NCBI RefSeq assembly: GCF_009914755.1 | Contig: NC_060940.1 | Origin: the human T2T-CHM13v2.0 reference genome, Homo sapiens | Direction: 5' to 3' (one strand) | Length of the DNA: 64,000 nt | Part shown: positions 30,561 through 45,700 of the stretch, piece by piece | How positions within the stretch are numbered: the stretch's first letter is position 1 | Layout: the number at the start of each line of letters is the position of its first letter | Program-made: the position numbers and the translations under genes | The notes under the pieces: model-generated | Database searches by the model: none | Seen by the model: only the letters and a program-made list of their open reading frames with translations | What the model was told of the DNA's origin: nothing

Positions 30561-33500
30561 ATGATTCCATTCGATTCCATTCGATGATTCCATTCTATTC
30601 TATTCAATTGTGATTCCGTTCGAGTACATTAGATGATTCCATTCGATTCCATTCAATGATGATTCTATTTGTGTCCCTTAGATGATTCCACATGATTCCA
30701 TTAGATGATGATACTATTTGAGCCCATCCAATGATTCCCTTCGATTCCATTCGATGAGGATTCCATTTGATTCAATTCATTGGTGATTCTATTCAATTCA
30801 ATTCTTTGATTCCATTCCATTCCATTCGACAATGATTCCATTCGATTTCTTCCGATGATTCCACTCGATTCCACTTGACATTGATTCCATTCGATTCCAT
30901 TCTATGATTCCATTTGATTCCAGTGGATGATGATTGCCATCGATTCCATTCGATCACTCCACTCTATTCCATTTGATGATGATTACATTCGATTCCATTT
31001 GATGATTCCATCTGATTCTATTCGAGGATTCCATTTGATTCCATTCGATGATGATTCCATTCGAGTCCATTTGAAGATTTCATTCGAGTACATCCAATGA
31101 TTCCATTCGAGTCCATTTGATGATTCCATTTGATTCCATTTGATTATGATTCTACTAGAGTCCATTCAATGACTCCATTGGAGTCCATTCAACAATTCCA
31201 TTCGACTCCATTCGATGATTCCATTCGATTGCATTTGAGGATTCCATTCGAGTCCATTTAATCATTACCGTCGAGTCCATTTGGTGATTCCACTGGATTT
31301 CTTTTGATAATGATACCATTCAATTACATATGATGATGATCCCATTCAATTTCATTTGATGATGATTCCATTAGAGTCCATTCGATGATTTCATTCGAGT
31401 CCCTTCATTGATTCCATCCGATTTCATTGGATGATGACTCCATTCGAGTTCCTTTTCCACTCGATTCCATTAGATGATTCCATTGGAGTCCATTTGATTG
31501 TTCCATTCGATTCCATTCGATTCCTTTCGAAGATTATTCCATTTGAGTCCATTCGATGATGATTCCATTCCATTCCATTCGATGATTCCGTTTGATTCCA
31601 TTCGATGATTCCCTTCGATTCCTTTCTTTGATGATTCCATTCCATTCCATTCAATGATTCCATTCGAATCTATTCCATGATGATTCCTTTCGATTCCATT
31701 CGCTCATGTTTCCGTTCAATTCCATTCGATGATGATTCCATTCGATTCCATTCATTGAGGATTCCATTTGATTCCATTCAATGATGATTCCATTCTATTC
31801 CATTCAATGATTGCATTCAATTCCATTCAATGATTATCCCATTAGAGTAAACTCAATGATTCCATTCAATACCATTCGATGATGATTCCTTTTGAGTCCA
31901 TTCAATGATTTCATTCAAGTCCATTTGATGATTCCTTTCAATTCCATTCTATGATGATTCCATTCGAGTCCACTCGATGATTCCATTCGATTGCATTCGA
32001 TGATTCCATTATATTCCATTCAACGACGATTCCATTCGAGTCCATTCGATGATTCCATTAGAGTACATTTAATGATTGCTTTGTTTTCAATTCGAAGATG
32101 ATTACATTGGATTCCATTCTATGATACCATTCGATTCCATTCAATGATGATTCCACTCAAATCCATTGGATGATTCCATTCGTGTCCATTCGGTGATTTC
32201 ATTAAATTCCATTCGAGGATGATTCCATTCGATTCCATTCGATGATTCCATTCAATTCCATTCGATGATGATTCCATTCGAGTCCATATGATCATTCCAT
32301 TTGATTTCATTCGATGATGATTCCATTCGATTCCATTCGATGATTCCATTCTATTCCATTCGATGATGATTCCATTCGAGTCCATTCGATGATTCCATTC
32401 GAGTCCATTTAATGATTCCATTGGGTTGAATTCAATGATGATTACATTGGATTCCGTTCTATGATTCCATTCAATTCCGTTCATTGACAATTTGATTCCA
32501 TTCGATGATGATTCCATTTGAGTTCATTCGATGATTCTATTCAATTCCCTTCGATGGTGATTCAATTCTATTATATTGGATGATTCCATTCGATTCCATT
32601 TGATGTTGATTCAATTCGATTCTATTCGATGATGATTCCATTGGATTTCACTTGATGATTCTATTCGATTCCATTCAATGATGATTCACTTCTCGTCCAT
32701 TGGATGATTCCATTTCATTCCATTCGATGATGATTCCATTCGATTCCATTCAATGATTCCATTTGATTCCATTCGACGGTGAGCAATTTGATTCAATTCC
32801 ATGATGATTCTGTTTGATTCAATTAGATGATGTTTCCATTCGAATCCATTCCATGATTATTCCATTGGAATCCATTTGGCGATGATTCCATATGAGTCAA
32901 ATCAATGATGATTCCATATGGGTCCGTTCGATGATAATTCCATTTGATTTCATTCGATGCTTCTATTCTATTCCAGTTGATGATGATTCCGTTGGAGTCC
33001 ATACGATGATTCCATTTGATTTCATTTGATGATGATTCCATTCGATGATAATTACCTTGGATTCCATTCTATGATTCCATTCAATTCCATTCGTTGATGA
33101 TTCGATTCCATTCAATGATGATTCCATTTGAGTTCATTCGATGATTCTATTCGATTCCGTTTGATGGTGATTCAATTCTATTATATTGGATGATTCCACT
33201 CGATTCCATTTGATGATTATTCCATTGGAGTCCACTTAGTGAATCCTTTAGATTCTACTGGAAGATGATTCCATTCGAGTCCATTCGATGATACCATTCA
33301 ATTCCATTCGTTGATGCTTCCATTCAAGTGCATTCGATGATATCATTCGATTCCATTTGATGATAATTCCATTTGATTCCATGCGATGATTCTATTCGAT
33401 TCCATTCAATGATAATTCCATTCAATTCAGTGATTCCTCTGGACTCCATTTGATGATGATTCCATTCAATGATTCCATTCGATTCTATTCGAAAATGATT

Positions 33501-36500
33501 CCATTCGATTCCATTCGACGATGATTCCATTCGATTCCATTTGATGATTCCATTCGATTCCATTCGATGATGATTCCATTCGATTCCATTTGATGATTCC
33601 ATTCTATTCTATTCGATGATGATTCCATTCGATTCCGTTTGATGATGATTGGATTCGATTCCATTGGATGATTTCATTTGATCCCATTCGTTAATGATTT
33701 CGATCAATTCCATTCGATGATTCCATTTGATTCCATTCGATAATGATTACATCCGAGTCCATTCGATGATTCCATTTGAGCCCGTTCGATAATTCCATTT
33801 GAGTCCAATCAATGATTCCATTAATTTCCATTCAATGATTCCATTAGAGTCCATTTGATCATTCCGGTAGAGTCCATTCCATGTTGATTCCATTGGAGTG
33901 CATTCGATGATTCCATTCGAGTCCATTTTATGATTTGATTCGAGTCCTTTCGATGATTCCATTCGATTCCACTCGATGATGATTTCATTCGAGTCCATTC
34001 GACACTTCCAATCGATTCCATTTGATGTTTCCATTCGAGTCCAATTGATGATTCCATTCAATTCCATTCGATGATGATTCCGTACGATTCCATTCTGTGA
34101 TGATTCCATGTGATTGCATTCAATGATGATTCCTTTCGATTGCATTCGATTATGATTCATTTCTTGTTCATTCTATGGTTCCACAGGTTTCCATTCGTGT
34201 CCATTCCATTATTCCATTCTATTCCATTTGATGATGATTCCATTCGATTCCATTCATTGGTGATTCCACTCAATTCCATTCAATGATTCCATTCCATTTC
34301 TTTCAACAATGATTCCATTAGTTTCTAATCGATGATCCACTTGATACCATTTGACGACGATTCCATTCTTGTCCATTCGATGATTCCATTTGATTCCATA
34401 TGATGATGATTCCATTCGATTCCATACGATGATGATTCCATTCGAGTCCATTCAATGGTGATTCCATTCAATTCCATTCGATGATTCCTTTCGATTCCAT
34501 TCGATGATGATGGCATTCGATTCCTTTCAATCATTCCCTTTGATTGCATTCAAAGGTGATTTCATTCAAGTCTATTCGATAATTGCATTCGATTCCATTC
34601 TATGATGATTCCATTCGAGTCCATTTGATGATTCCATTCAATTCAAGTCAATGATGATTCCATTCGATTCCATTCGATGATTCCATTGGATTCCATTGGA
34701 TGATGATTCCATTCAAATCCATTCGATAATTCAATTCAAGTCCATTCGATGATGATTCCAATCGAATCCATTCAAAGATTCCATTCAGTTCCATTCGATG
34801 ATTCCCTTAGATTCCATTCGATGATGCCACTTGATTCCATTTACGATGATTCCTTTTGATTCCATGTGATGATTCCATTCAATTCTATTCAATGATGTTT
34901 CCATTTGATTCCATTCGATCATGATTGCCTTTGATTCCATTCAATGATTCCATTCGGTTCCTTTTGATGATGATTCCGTTCGATTCCATTTGATGATTCC
35001 ATTTGATTCCATTGGATGAGTCCATTCGATTACATTCGATGATTATTCCACTCGAGTGCATTAGATGATTCCATTCGAGTCCATTCGATGATTCCATTCT
35101 ATTCCATTCGATGTTGATTCTGTTCAAATCCATTCGATGATTCCACTCGATTCCATTCGATGACTCCATTTGATCCCATTCGATGATTTCCTGTGATTCC
35201 CTTTGATGATCATTCCATTTGATGCAATTCGGTGATTTCATTGGATTCCATTCAGTGATGTTTCCATTCGACTCCATTCGATGATGATTCCATTCGACTC
35301 CATTCGATTATGATTTCATTCAATTCCATTCGATAATGATTCCCTTCGAGTCCATTCGATGATTCCATTCGATTCCATTCAACGATGATTTGATTCGTGT
35401 CCATTCGATGATTCCATTTGATTCCACTTGATGATGATTCCATTCGAGTCCATTTGATGATTCCATTCAATTCCATTCTCCGATGATTTCTTTTGAGCCC
35501 ACTCAATGCTTCCACTCGATTCCATATGATGATGACTCCATTCGATGAAATTCGATGATGATTCCATTCGCTTCCTTTCGATGATGATTCCACTTGAGTC
35601 CGTTAGAAGATTCTAATCAATTACATTCCATGACGATTCCGTTCGAGTCCATTTGATGATTCCATTAGACTCCATTCGACGATGATTCCATTCGATGTTA
35701 TTCGATGATTCCATTCGATCTCATTCGATGATGATTCCATTCAACTCCATTCGATGTTTCCATTTGAGTTCATTCTATTATTCCATTAGATTCCATTCGA
35801 TGATGATTCCATTCGCTTCCATTTGATGATTGCATTCTATTTCAATAGATGATGATTCCATCCGAGTCCACTCAATGATTCCATTCGAGTCCATTTAATG
35901 AATCCATTGGTTTCAATTCTATGATGATTACATTGGATTCCATTCGTTGATGATTTCATTCGATTCCATTCAATGATGATTCCATTCAATTCCTTTCAAT
36001 GTTTCCATTCAATTCCATACGATGATGATTCCATTTGATTTGATTCGACAGTGAGCCATTCGATTCAATTCCATGATGATTCTATTTGATTCCATTGGTT
36101 GACATTTCCATTCGATTCCATTCGATGATGATTCCCTTTGATTCCATTCAAAGATGATTCCATTCTAGCCCATTCAATCATTCCATTCGATTCTATTCAA
36201 TGATGATTCCATTCATGTCGATTTGGTGATTCCATTTGACTTCATTTGATGATGATTCCTTTCAAGTTCATTAGATGATTTCATTCGATTCCATTTGATG
36301 ATGATCCCATTCGAGTCCATTCAGTGATTCCATTCGTTTCCATTCCATGATGATTCCATTCCATTGCATGCAATGATTCCATTCGATTCCGTTTGATGAT
36401 GATTTCATTCGAGTCCATTTGATGATTCCATTTGATATGGTTCGATGATGATTCCATTCGAGTCCATTCGATGATTCTATTCGAATCCATTTGATGATTT

Positions 36501-36666
36501 CTTTTGATTATAGTTGGTGATGATTCCATTGGAGTCCATTCAATGATTCCATTCGATTCCAATCGATGGTGATTCCATTAGAGTCCATTTAATGATTCCA
36601 TTTGATTCCAGTCTCTGATGATTACATTCGAGTCCATACGATGATTCCACTCAATTCCATATCATG
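30561..36666 (+). repeat. HSat2 unit U6 (6106 bp; net 6-bp deletion)
   Basis: Offset 30560 at 864->31424 but 30554 at 1565->32119; at ~31450 ccattcgatgat is replaced by tccttt. Confidence 0.93.
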
Positions 36667-39600
36667 ATGATTCCATTCGATTCCATTCGATGATTCCATT
36701 CTATTCTATTCAATGGTGATTCCATTCGAGTACATTAGATGATTCCATTCGATTCCATTCAATGATGATTCTATTTGTGTCCCTTAGATGATTCCACATG
36801 ATTCCATTAGATGATGATACTATTTGAGCCCATCCAATGATTCCCTTCGATTCCATTCGATGAGGATTCCATTCGATTCAATTCATTGGTGACTCTATTC
36901 AATTCAATTCTTTGATTCCATTCCATTCCATTAGACAATGATTCCATTCGATTTCTTTCGATGATTCCACTCGATTCCACTTGACATTGATTCCATTCGA
37001 TTCCATTCAATGATTCCATTTGATTCCAGTGGATGATGATTGCCATCGATTCCGTTCGATCACTCCATTCTATTCCATTTGATGATGATTACATTCGATT
37101 CCATTTGATGATTCCATCTGATTCTATTCGAGGATTCCATTTGATTCCATTCGATGATGATTCCATTCGAGTCCATTCGATGATTTCATTCGAGTACATC
37201 CAATGATTCCATTCGAGTCCATTTGATGATTCCATTTGATTCTATTTGATTATGATTCTACTAGAGTCCATTCAATGACTCCATTCGAGTCCATTCAACA
37301 ATTCCATTCGACTCCATTCGATGATTCCATTCGATTGCATTTGAGGATTCCATTCGAGTCCATTTAGTCATTACAGTCGAGTCCATTTGGTGATTCCACT
37401 GGATTTCTTTTGATAATGATACCATTCAATTACATTTGATGATGATCCCATTCAATTTCATTTGATGATGATTCCATTAGAGTCCATTCGATGATTTCAT
37501 TCGAGTCCCTTCATTGATTCCATCCGATTTCATTGGATGATGACTCCATTCGAGTCCCTTTTCCACTCGATTCCATTAGATGATTCCATTGGAGTCCATT
37601 TGATTGTTCCATTTGATTCCATTCGATTCCTTTCGAAGATTATTCCATTTGAGTCCATTCGATGATGATTCCATTCCATTCCATTCGATGATTCCGTTTG
37701 ATTCCATTCAATGATTCCCTTCGATTCCTTTCTTTGATGATTCCATTCCATTCCATTCAATGATTCCATTCGAATCTATTCCATGATGATTCCTTTCGAT
37801 TCCATTCGCTGATGTTTCCGTTCAATTCCATTCGATGATGATTCCATTCGATTCCATTCATTGAGGATTCCATTTGATTCCATTCAATGATGATTCCATT
37901 CTATTCCATTCAATGATTTCATTCAATTCCATTCAATGATTATCCCATTAGAGTAAACTCAATGATTCCATTCAATACCATTCGATGATGATTCCATTTG
38001 AGTCCATTCAATGATTTCATTCAAGTCCATTTGATGATTCCTTTCAATTCCATTCTATGATGATTCCATTCGAGTCCATTCGATGGTTCCATTCGATTGC
38101 ATTCGATGATTCCATTATATTCCATTCAACGACGATTCCATTCGAGTCCATTCGATGATTCCATTAGAGTACATTTAATGATTGCTTTGTTTTCAATTCG
38201 AAGATGATTACATTCGATTCCATTCTATGATACCATTCGATTCCATTCAATGATGATTCCACTCAAATCCATTGGATGATTCCATTCGTGTCCATTCGGT
38301 GATTTCATTAAATTTCATTCGAGGATGATTCCATTCGATTCCATTCGATGATTCCATTCAATTCCATTCGACGATGATTCCATTCGAGTCCATATGATCA
38401 TTCCATTTGATTTCATTCGATGATGATTCCATTCGATTCCATTCGATGATTCCATTCTATTCCATTCGATGATGATTCCATTCGAGTCCATTCGATGATT
38501 CCATTCGAGTCCATTTAATGATTCCATTGGGTTCAATTCAATGATGATTACATTGGATTCCGTTCTATGATTCCATTCAATTCCGTTCATTGACAATTTG
38601 ATTCCATTCGATGATGATTCCATTTGAGTTCATTCGATGACTCTATTCGATTCCCTTCGATGGTGATTCAATTCTATTATATTGGATAATTTGATTCCAT
38701 TCGATTCCATTTGATGTTGATTCAATTCGATTCTATTCGATGATGATTCCATTGGATTTCACTTGATGATTCTATTCGATTCCATTCAATGATGATTCAC
38801 TTCTCGTCCATTGGATGATTCCATTTCATTCCATTCGATGATGATTCCATTCGATTCCATTTGATGATTCCATTTGATTCCATTCGACGGTGAGCAATTT
38901 GATTCAATTCCATGATGATTCTGTTTGATTCAATTAGATGATGTTTCCATTCGAATCCATTCCATGATTATTCCATTGGAATCCATTTGGCGATGATTCC
39001 ATATGAGTCAATTCAATGATGATTCCATATGGGTCCGTTCGATGATAATTCCATTTGATTTCATTCGATGCTTCTATTCTATTCCAGTCGATGATGATTC
39101 CGTTGGAGTCCATACGATGATTCCATTTGATTTCATTTGATGATGATTCCATTCGATGATGATTACATTGGATTCCATTCTATGATTCCATTCAATTCCA
39201 TTCGTTGATGATTCGATTCCATTCAATGATGATTCCATTTGAGTTCATTCGATGATTCTATTCGATTCCGTTTGATGGTGATTCAATTCTATTATATTGG
39301 ATGATTCCACTCGATTCCATTTGATGATTATTCCATTGGAGTCCACTTAGTGAATCCTTTAGATTCTACTCGAAGATGATTCCATTCGAGTCCATTCGAC
39401 GATACCATTCAATTCCATTCGTTGATGCTTCCATTCAAGTGCATTCGATGATATCATTCGATTCCATTTGATGATAATTCCATTTGATTCCATGCGATGA
39501 TTCTATTCGATTCCATTCAATGATAATTCCATTCAATTCAGTGATTCCTCTGGACTCCATTTGATGATGATTCCATTCAATGATTCCATTCGATTCTATT

Positions 39601-42600
39601 CGAAAATGATTCCATTTGAATCCATTTGATGATGATTCCATTAGATTCCATTTAATGATTCCATTCTATTCTATTCGATGATGATTCCGTTCGATTCCAT
39701 TTGATGATGATTGGATTCGATTCCATTGGATGATTTCATTTGATCCCATTCGTTAATGATTTCGATCAATTCCATTCGATGATTCCATTCGATTCCATTC
39801 GATAATGATTACATCCGAGTCCATTCGATGATTCCATTTGAGCCTGTTCGATAATTCCATTTGAGTCCAATCAATGATTCCATTCATTTCCATTCAATGA
39901 TTCCATTAGAGTCCATTTGATCATTCCGGTAGGGTCCATTCCATGTTGATTCCATTGGAGTGCATTCGATGATTCCATTCGAGTCCATTTTATGATTTGA
40001 TTCGAGTCCTTTCGATGATTCCATTCGATTCCACTCGATGATGATTTCATTCGAGTCCATTCGACACTTCCAATCGATTCCATTTGATGTTTCCATTCGA
40101 GTCCAATTGATGATTCCATTCAATTCCATTCGATGATGATTCCGTACGGTTCCATTCTGTGATGATTCCATGTGATTGCATTCAATGATGATTCCTTTCG
40201 ATTGCATTCGATTATGATTCATTTCGTGTTCATTCTATGGTTCCACAGGTTTCCATTCGTGTCCATTCCATTATTCCATTCTATTCCATTTGATGATGAT
40301 TCCATTCGATTCCATTCATTGGTGATTCCACTCAATTCCATTCAATGATTCCATTCCATTTCTTTCAACAATGAGTCCATTAGATTCTAATCGATGATCC
40401 ACTTGATTCCATTTGACGATGATTCCATTCTTGTCCATTCGATGATTCCATTTGATTCCATATGATGATGATTCCATTCGATTCCATACGATGATGATTC
40501 CATTCGAGTCCATTCAATGGTGATTCCATTCAATTCCATTCGATGATTCCGTTCGATTCCATTCGATGATGATGGCATTCGATTCCTTTCAATCATTCCT
40601 TTTGATTCCATTCAAAGGTGATTTCATTCAAGTACATTCGATAATTGCATTCGATTCCATTCTATGATGATTCCATTCGAGTCCATTTGATGATTCCATT
40701 CAATTCAAGTCAATGATGATTCCATTCGATTCCATTCGATGATTCCATTGGATTCCATTCGATGATGATTCTATTCAAATCCATTCGATAATTCAATTCA
40801 AGTCCATTCGATGATGATTCCAATCGAATCCATTCAAAGATTCCATTCAGTTCCATTCGATGATTCCCTTAGATTCCATTCGATGATTCCACTTGATTCC
40901 ATTTACGATGATTCCTTTCGATTCCATGTGATGATTCCATTCAATTCTATTCAATGATGTCTCCATTTGATTCCATTCGACCATGATTGCCTTTGATTCC
41001 ATTCAATGATTCCATTCGGTACCTTTTGATGATGATTCCGTTCGATTCCATTTGATGATTCCATTTGATTCCATTGGATGAGTCCATTCGATTACATTCG
41101 ATGATTATTCCACTCGAGTGCATTAGATGATTCCATTCGAGTCCATTCGATGATTCCATTCGATTCCATTCGATGTTGATTCTGTTCAAATCCATTCGAT
41201 GATTCCACTCGATTCCATTCGATGACTCCATTTGATCCCATTTGATGATTTCCTGTGATTCCCTTTGATGATCATTCCATTTGATTCAATTCGGTGATTT
41301 CATTGGATTCCATTCAGTGATGTTTCCATTCGACTCCATTCGATGATGATTCCATTCGACTCCATTCGATTATGATTTCATTCAATTCCATTCGATAATG
41401 ATTCCCTTCGAGTCCATTCGATGATTCCATTCGATTCCATTCAACGATGATTTGATTCGTGTCCATTCGATGATTCCATTTGATTCCACTTGATGATGAT
41501 TCCATTCGTGTCCATTTGATGATTCCATTCAATTCCATTCTCCGATGATTTCTTTTGAGCCCACTCAATGCTTCCACTCGATTCCATATGATGATGACTC
41601 CATTCGATGAAATTCGATGATGATTCCATTCGCTTCCTTTCGATGATGATTCCACTTGAGTCCGTTAGAAGATTCTATTCAATTACATTCCATGACGATT
41701 CCGTTCGAGTCCATTTGATGATTCCATTAGACTCCATTCGACGATGATTCCATTCGATGTTATTCGATGATTCCATTCGATCTCATTCGATGATGATTCC
41801 ATTCAACTCCATTCGATGTTTCCATTCGAGTTCATTCTATTATTCCATTAGATTCCATTCGATGATGATTCCATTCGCTTCCATTTGATGATTGCATTCT
41901 ATTTCAATAGATGATGATTCCATCCGAGTCCACTCAATGATTCCATTCGAGTCCATTTAATGAATCCATTGGTTTCAATTCTATGATGATTACATTGGAT
42001 TCCATTCGTTGATGATTTCATTCGATTCCATTCAATGATGATTCCATTCAATTCCTTTCAATGTTTCCATTCAATTCCATACGATGATGATTCCATTTGA
42101 TTTGATTCGACAGTGAGCCATTCGATTCAATTCCATGATGATTCTATTTTATTCCATTGGTTGACATTTCCATTCGATTCCATTCGATGATGATTCCCTT
42201 TGATTCCATTCAAAGATGATTCCATTCTAGCCCATTCAATCATTCCATTCGATTCTATTCAATGATGATTCCATTCATGTCGATTTGGTGATTCCATTTG
42301 ACTTCATTTGATGATGATTCCTTTCAAGTTCATTAGATGATTCCATTCGATTCCATTTGATGATGATCCCATTCGAGTCCATTCAGTGATTCCATTCGTT
42401 TCCATTCCATGATGATTCCATTCCATTCCATGCAATGATTCCATTCGATTCCATTTGATGATTATTTCATTCGAGTCCATTTGATGATTCCATTTGATTC
42501 CATTCGATGATGATTCCATTCGAGTCCATTCGATGATTCTATTCGAATCCCTTTGATGATTTCTTTTGATTATAGTTGGTGATGATTCCATTGGAGTCCA

Positions 42601-42728
42601 TTCAATGATTCCATTCGATTCCAATCGATGGTGATTCCATTAGAGTCCATTTAATGATTCCATTTGATTCCAGTCTCTGATGATTACATTCGAGTCCATA
42701 CGATGATTCCACTCAATTCCATATCATG
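36667..42728 (+). repeat. HSat2 unit U7 (6062 bp; -6, +5, -49)
   Basis: Offsets step 36666->36660->36665->36616: 6-bp deletion at ~37556, TAATT insertion at ~38687-38691, 49-bp deletion after ~39654. 6112-6+5-49=6062. Confidence 0.93.
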
Positions 42729-45700
42729 ATGATTCCATTCGATTCCATTCGATGATTCCATTCTATTCTATTCAATGGTGATTCCATTCGAGTACATTAG
42801 ATGATTCCATTCGATTCCATTCAATGATGATTCTATTTGTGTCCCTTAGATGATTCCACATGATTCCATTAGATGATGATACTATTTGAGCCCATCCAAT
42901 GATTCCCTTCGATTCCATTCGATGAGGATTCCATTCGATTCAATTCATTGGTGATTCTATTCAATTCAATTCTTTGATTCCATTCCATTCCATTCGACAA
43001 TGATTCCATTCGATTTCTTTCGATGATTCCACTCGATTCCACTTGACATTGATTCCATTCGATTCCATTCAATGATTCCATTTGATTCCAGTGGATGATG
43101 ATTGCCATCGATTCCGTTCGATCACTCCATTCTATTCCATTTGATGATGATTACATTCGATCCCATTTGATGATTCCATCTGATTCTATTCGAGGATTCC
43201 ATTTGATTCCATTCGATGATGATTCCATTCGAGTCCATTCGATGATTTCATTCGAGTACATCCAATGATTCCATTCGAGTCCATTTGATGATTCCATTTC
43301 ATTCCATTTGATTATGATTCTACTAGAGTCCATTCAATGACTCCATTCGAGTCCATTCAACAATTCCATTCGAGTCCATTCGATGATTCCATTCGATTCC
43401 ATTTGATGATTCCATTCGAGTCCATTTAATCATTACAGTCGAGTCCATTTGGTGATTCCACTGGATTTCTTTTGATAATGATACCATTCAATTACATTTG
43501 ATGATGATCCCATTCAATTTCATTTGATGATGATTCCATTAGAGTCCATTCGATGATTTCATTCGAGTCCCTTATTGATTCCATCCGATTTCATTGGATG
43601 ATGACTCCATTCGAGTCCATTCGATGATTCCACTCGATTCCATTAGATGATTCCATTGGAGTCCATTTGATTGTTCCATTCGATTCCATTCGATTCCTTT
43701 CGAAGATTATTCCATTTGAGTCCATTCGATGATGATTCCATTCCATTCCATTCGATGATTCCGTTTGATTCCATTCGATGATTCCATTTGATTCCATTCG
43801 ACGGTGAGCAATTCGATTCAATTCCATGATGATTCTATTTGATTCAATTAGATGATGTTTCCATTCGAATCCATTCCATGATTATTCCATTGGAATCCAT
43901 TTGGCGATGATTCCATATGAGTCAATTCAATGATGATTCCATATGGGTCCGTTCGATGATAATTCCATTTGATTTCATTCGATGCTTCTATTCTATTCCA
44001 GTCGATGATGATTCCGTTGGAGTCCATACGATGATTCCATTTGATTTCATTTGATGATGATTCCATTCGATGATGATTACATTGGATTCCATTCTATGAT
44101 TCCATTCAATTCCATTCGTTGATGATTCGATTCCATTCAATGATGATTCCATTTGAGTTCATTCGATGATTCTATTCGATTCCGTTCGATGGTGATTCAA
44201 TTCTATTATATTGGATGATTCCACTCGATTCCATTTGATGATTATTCCATTGGAGTCCACTTAGGGAATCCTTTAGATTCTACTCGAAGATGATTCCATT
44301 CGAGTCCATTCGATGATACCATTCAATTCCATTCGTTGATGCTTCCATTCAAGTGCATTCGATGATATCATTCGATTCCATTTGATGATAATTCCATTTG
44401 ATTCCATGCGATGATTCTATTCGATTCCATTCAATGATAATTCCATTCAATTCAGTGATTCCTCTGGACTCCATTTGATGATGATTCCATTCAATGATTC
44501 CATTCGATTCTATTCGAAAATGATTCCATTTGAATCCATTTGATGATGATTCCATTAGATTCCATTTGATGATTCCATTCGATTCCATTCGACGATGATT
44601 CCATTCGATTCCATTTGATGATTCCATTCTATTCTATTCGATGATGATTCCATTCGATTCCATTTGATGATGATTGGATTCGATTCCATTTGATGATTTC
44701 ATTTGATCCCATTCGTTAATGATTTCGATCAATTCCATTCGATGATTCCATTCGATTCCATTCGATAATGATTACATCCGAGTCCATTCGATGATTCCAT
44801 TTGAGCCTGTTTGATAATTCCATTTGAGTCCAATCAATGATTCCATTCATTTCCATTCAATGATTCCATTCGAGTCCATTTGATCATTCCGGTAGGGTCC
44901 ATTCGATGTTGATTCCATTGGAGTGCATTCGATGATTCCACTCGAGTCCATTTTATGATTTGATTCGAGTCCTTTCGATGATTCCATTCGATTCCACTCG
45001 ATGATGATTTCATTCGAGTCCATTCGACACTTCCATTCGATTCCATTTGATGTTTCCATTCGAGTCCAATTGATGATTCCATTCAATTCCATTCGATGAT
45101 GATTCCGTACGATTCCATTCTGTGATGATTCCATGTGATTGCATTCAATGATGATTCCTTTCGATTGCATTCGATTATGATTCATTTCGTGTTCATTCTA
45201 TGGTTCCACAGGTTTCCATTCGTGTCCATTCCATTATTCCATTCTATTCCATTTGATGATGATTCCATTCGATTCCATTCATTGGTGATTCCACTCAATT
45301 CCATTCAATGATTCCATTCCATTTCTTTCAACAATGATTCCATTACTTTCTAATCGATGATCCACTTGATTCCATTTGACGACGATTCCATTCTTGTCCA
45401 TTCGATGATTCCATTTGATTCCATATGATGATGATTCCATTCGATTCCATACGATGATGATTCCATTCGAGTCCATTCAATGGTGATTCCATTCAATTCC
45501 ATTCGATGATTCCTTTCGATTCCATTCGATGATGATGGCATTCGATTCCTTTCAATCATTCCCTTTGATTGCATTCAAAGGTGATTTCATTCAAGTCCAT
45601 TCGATAATTGCATTCGATTCCATTCTATGATGATTCCATTCGAGTCCATTTGATGATTCCATTCAATTCAAGTCAATGATGATTCCATTCGATTCCATTC

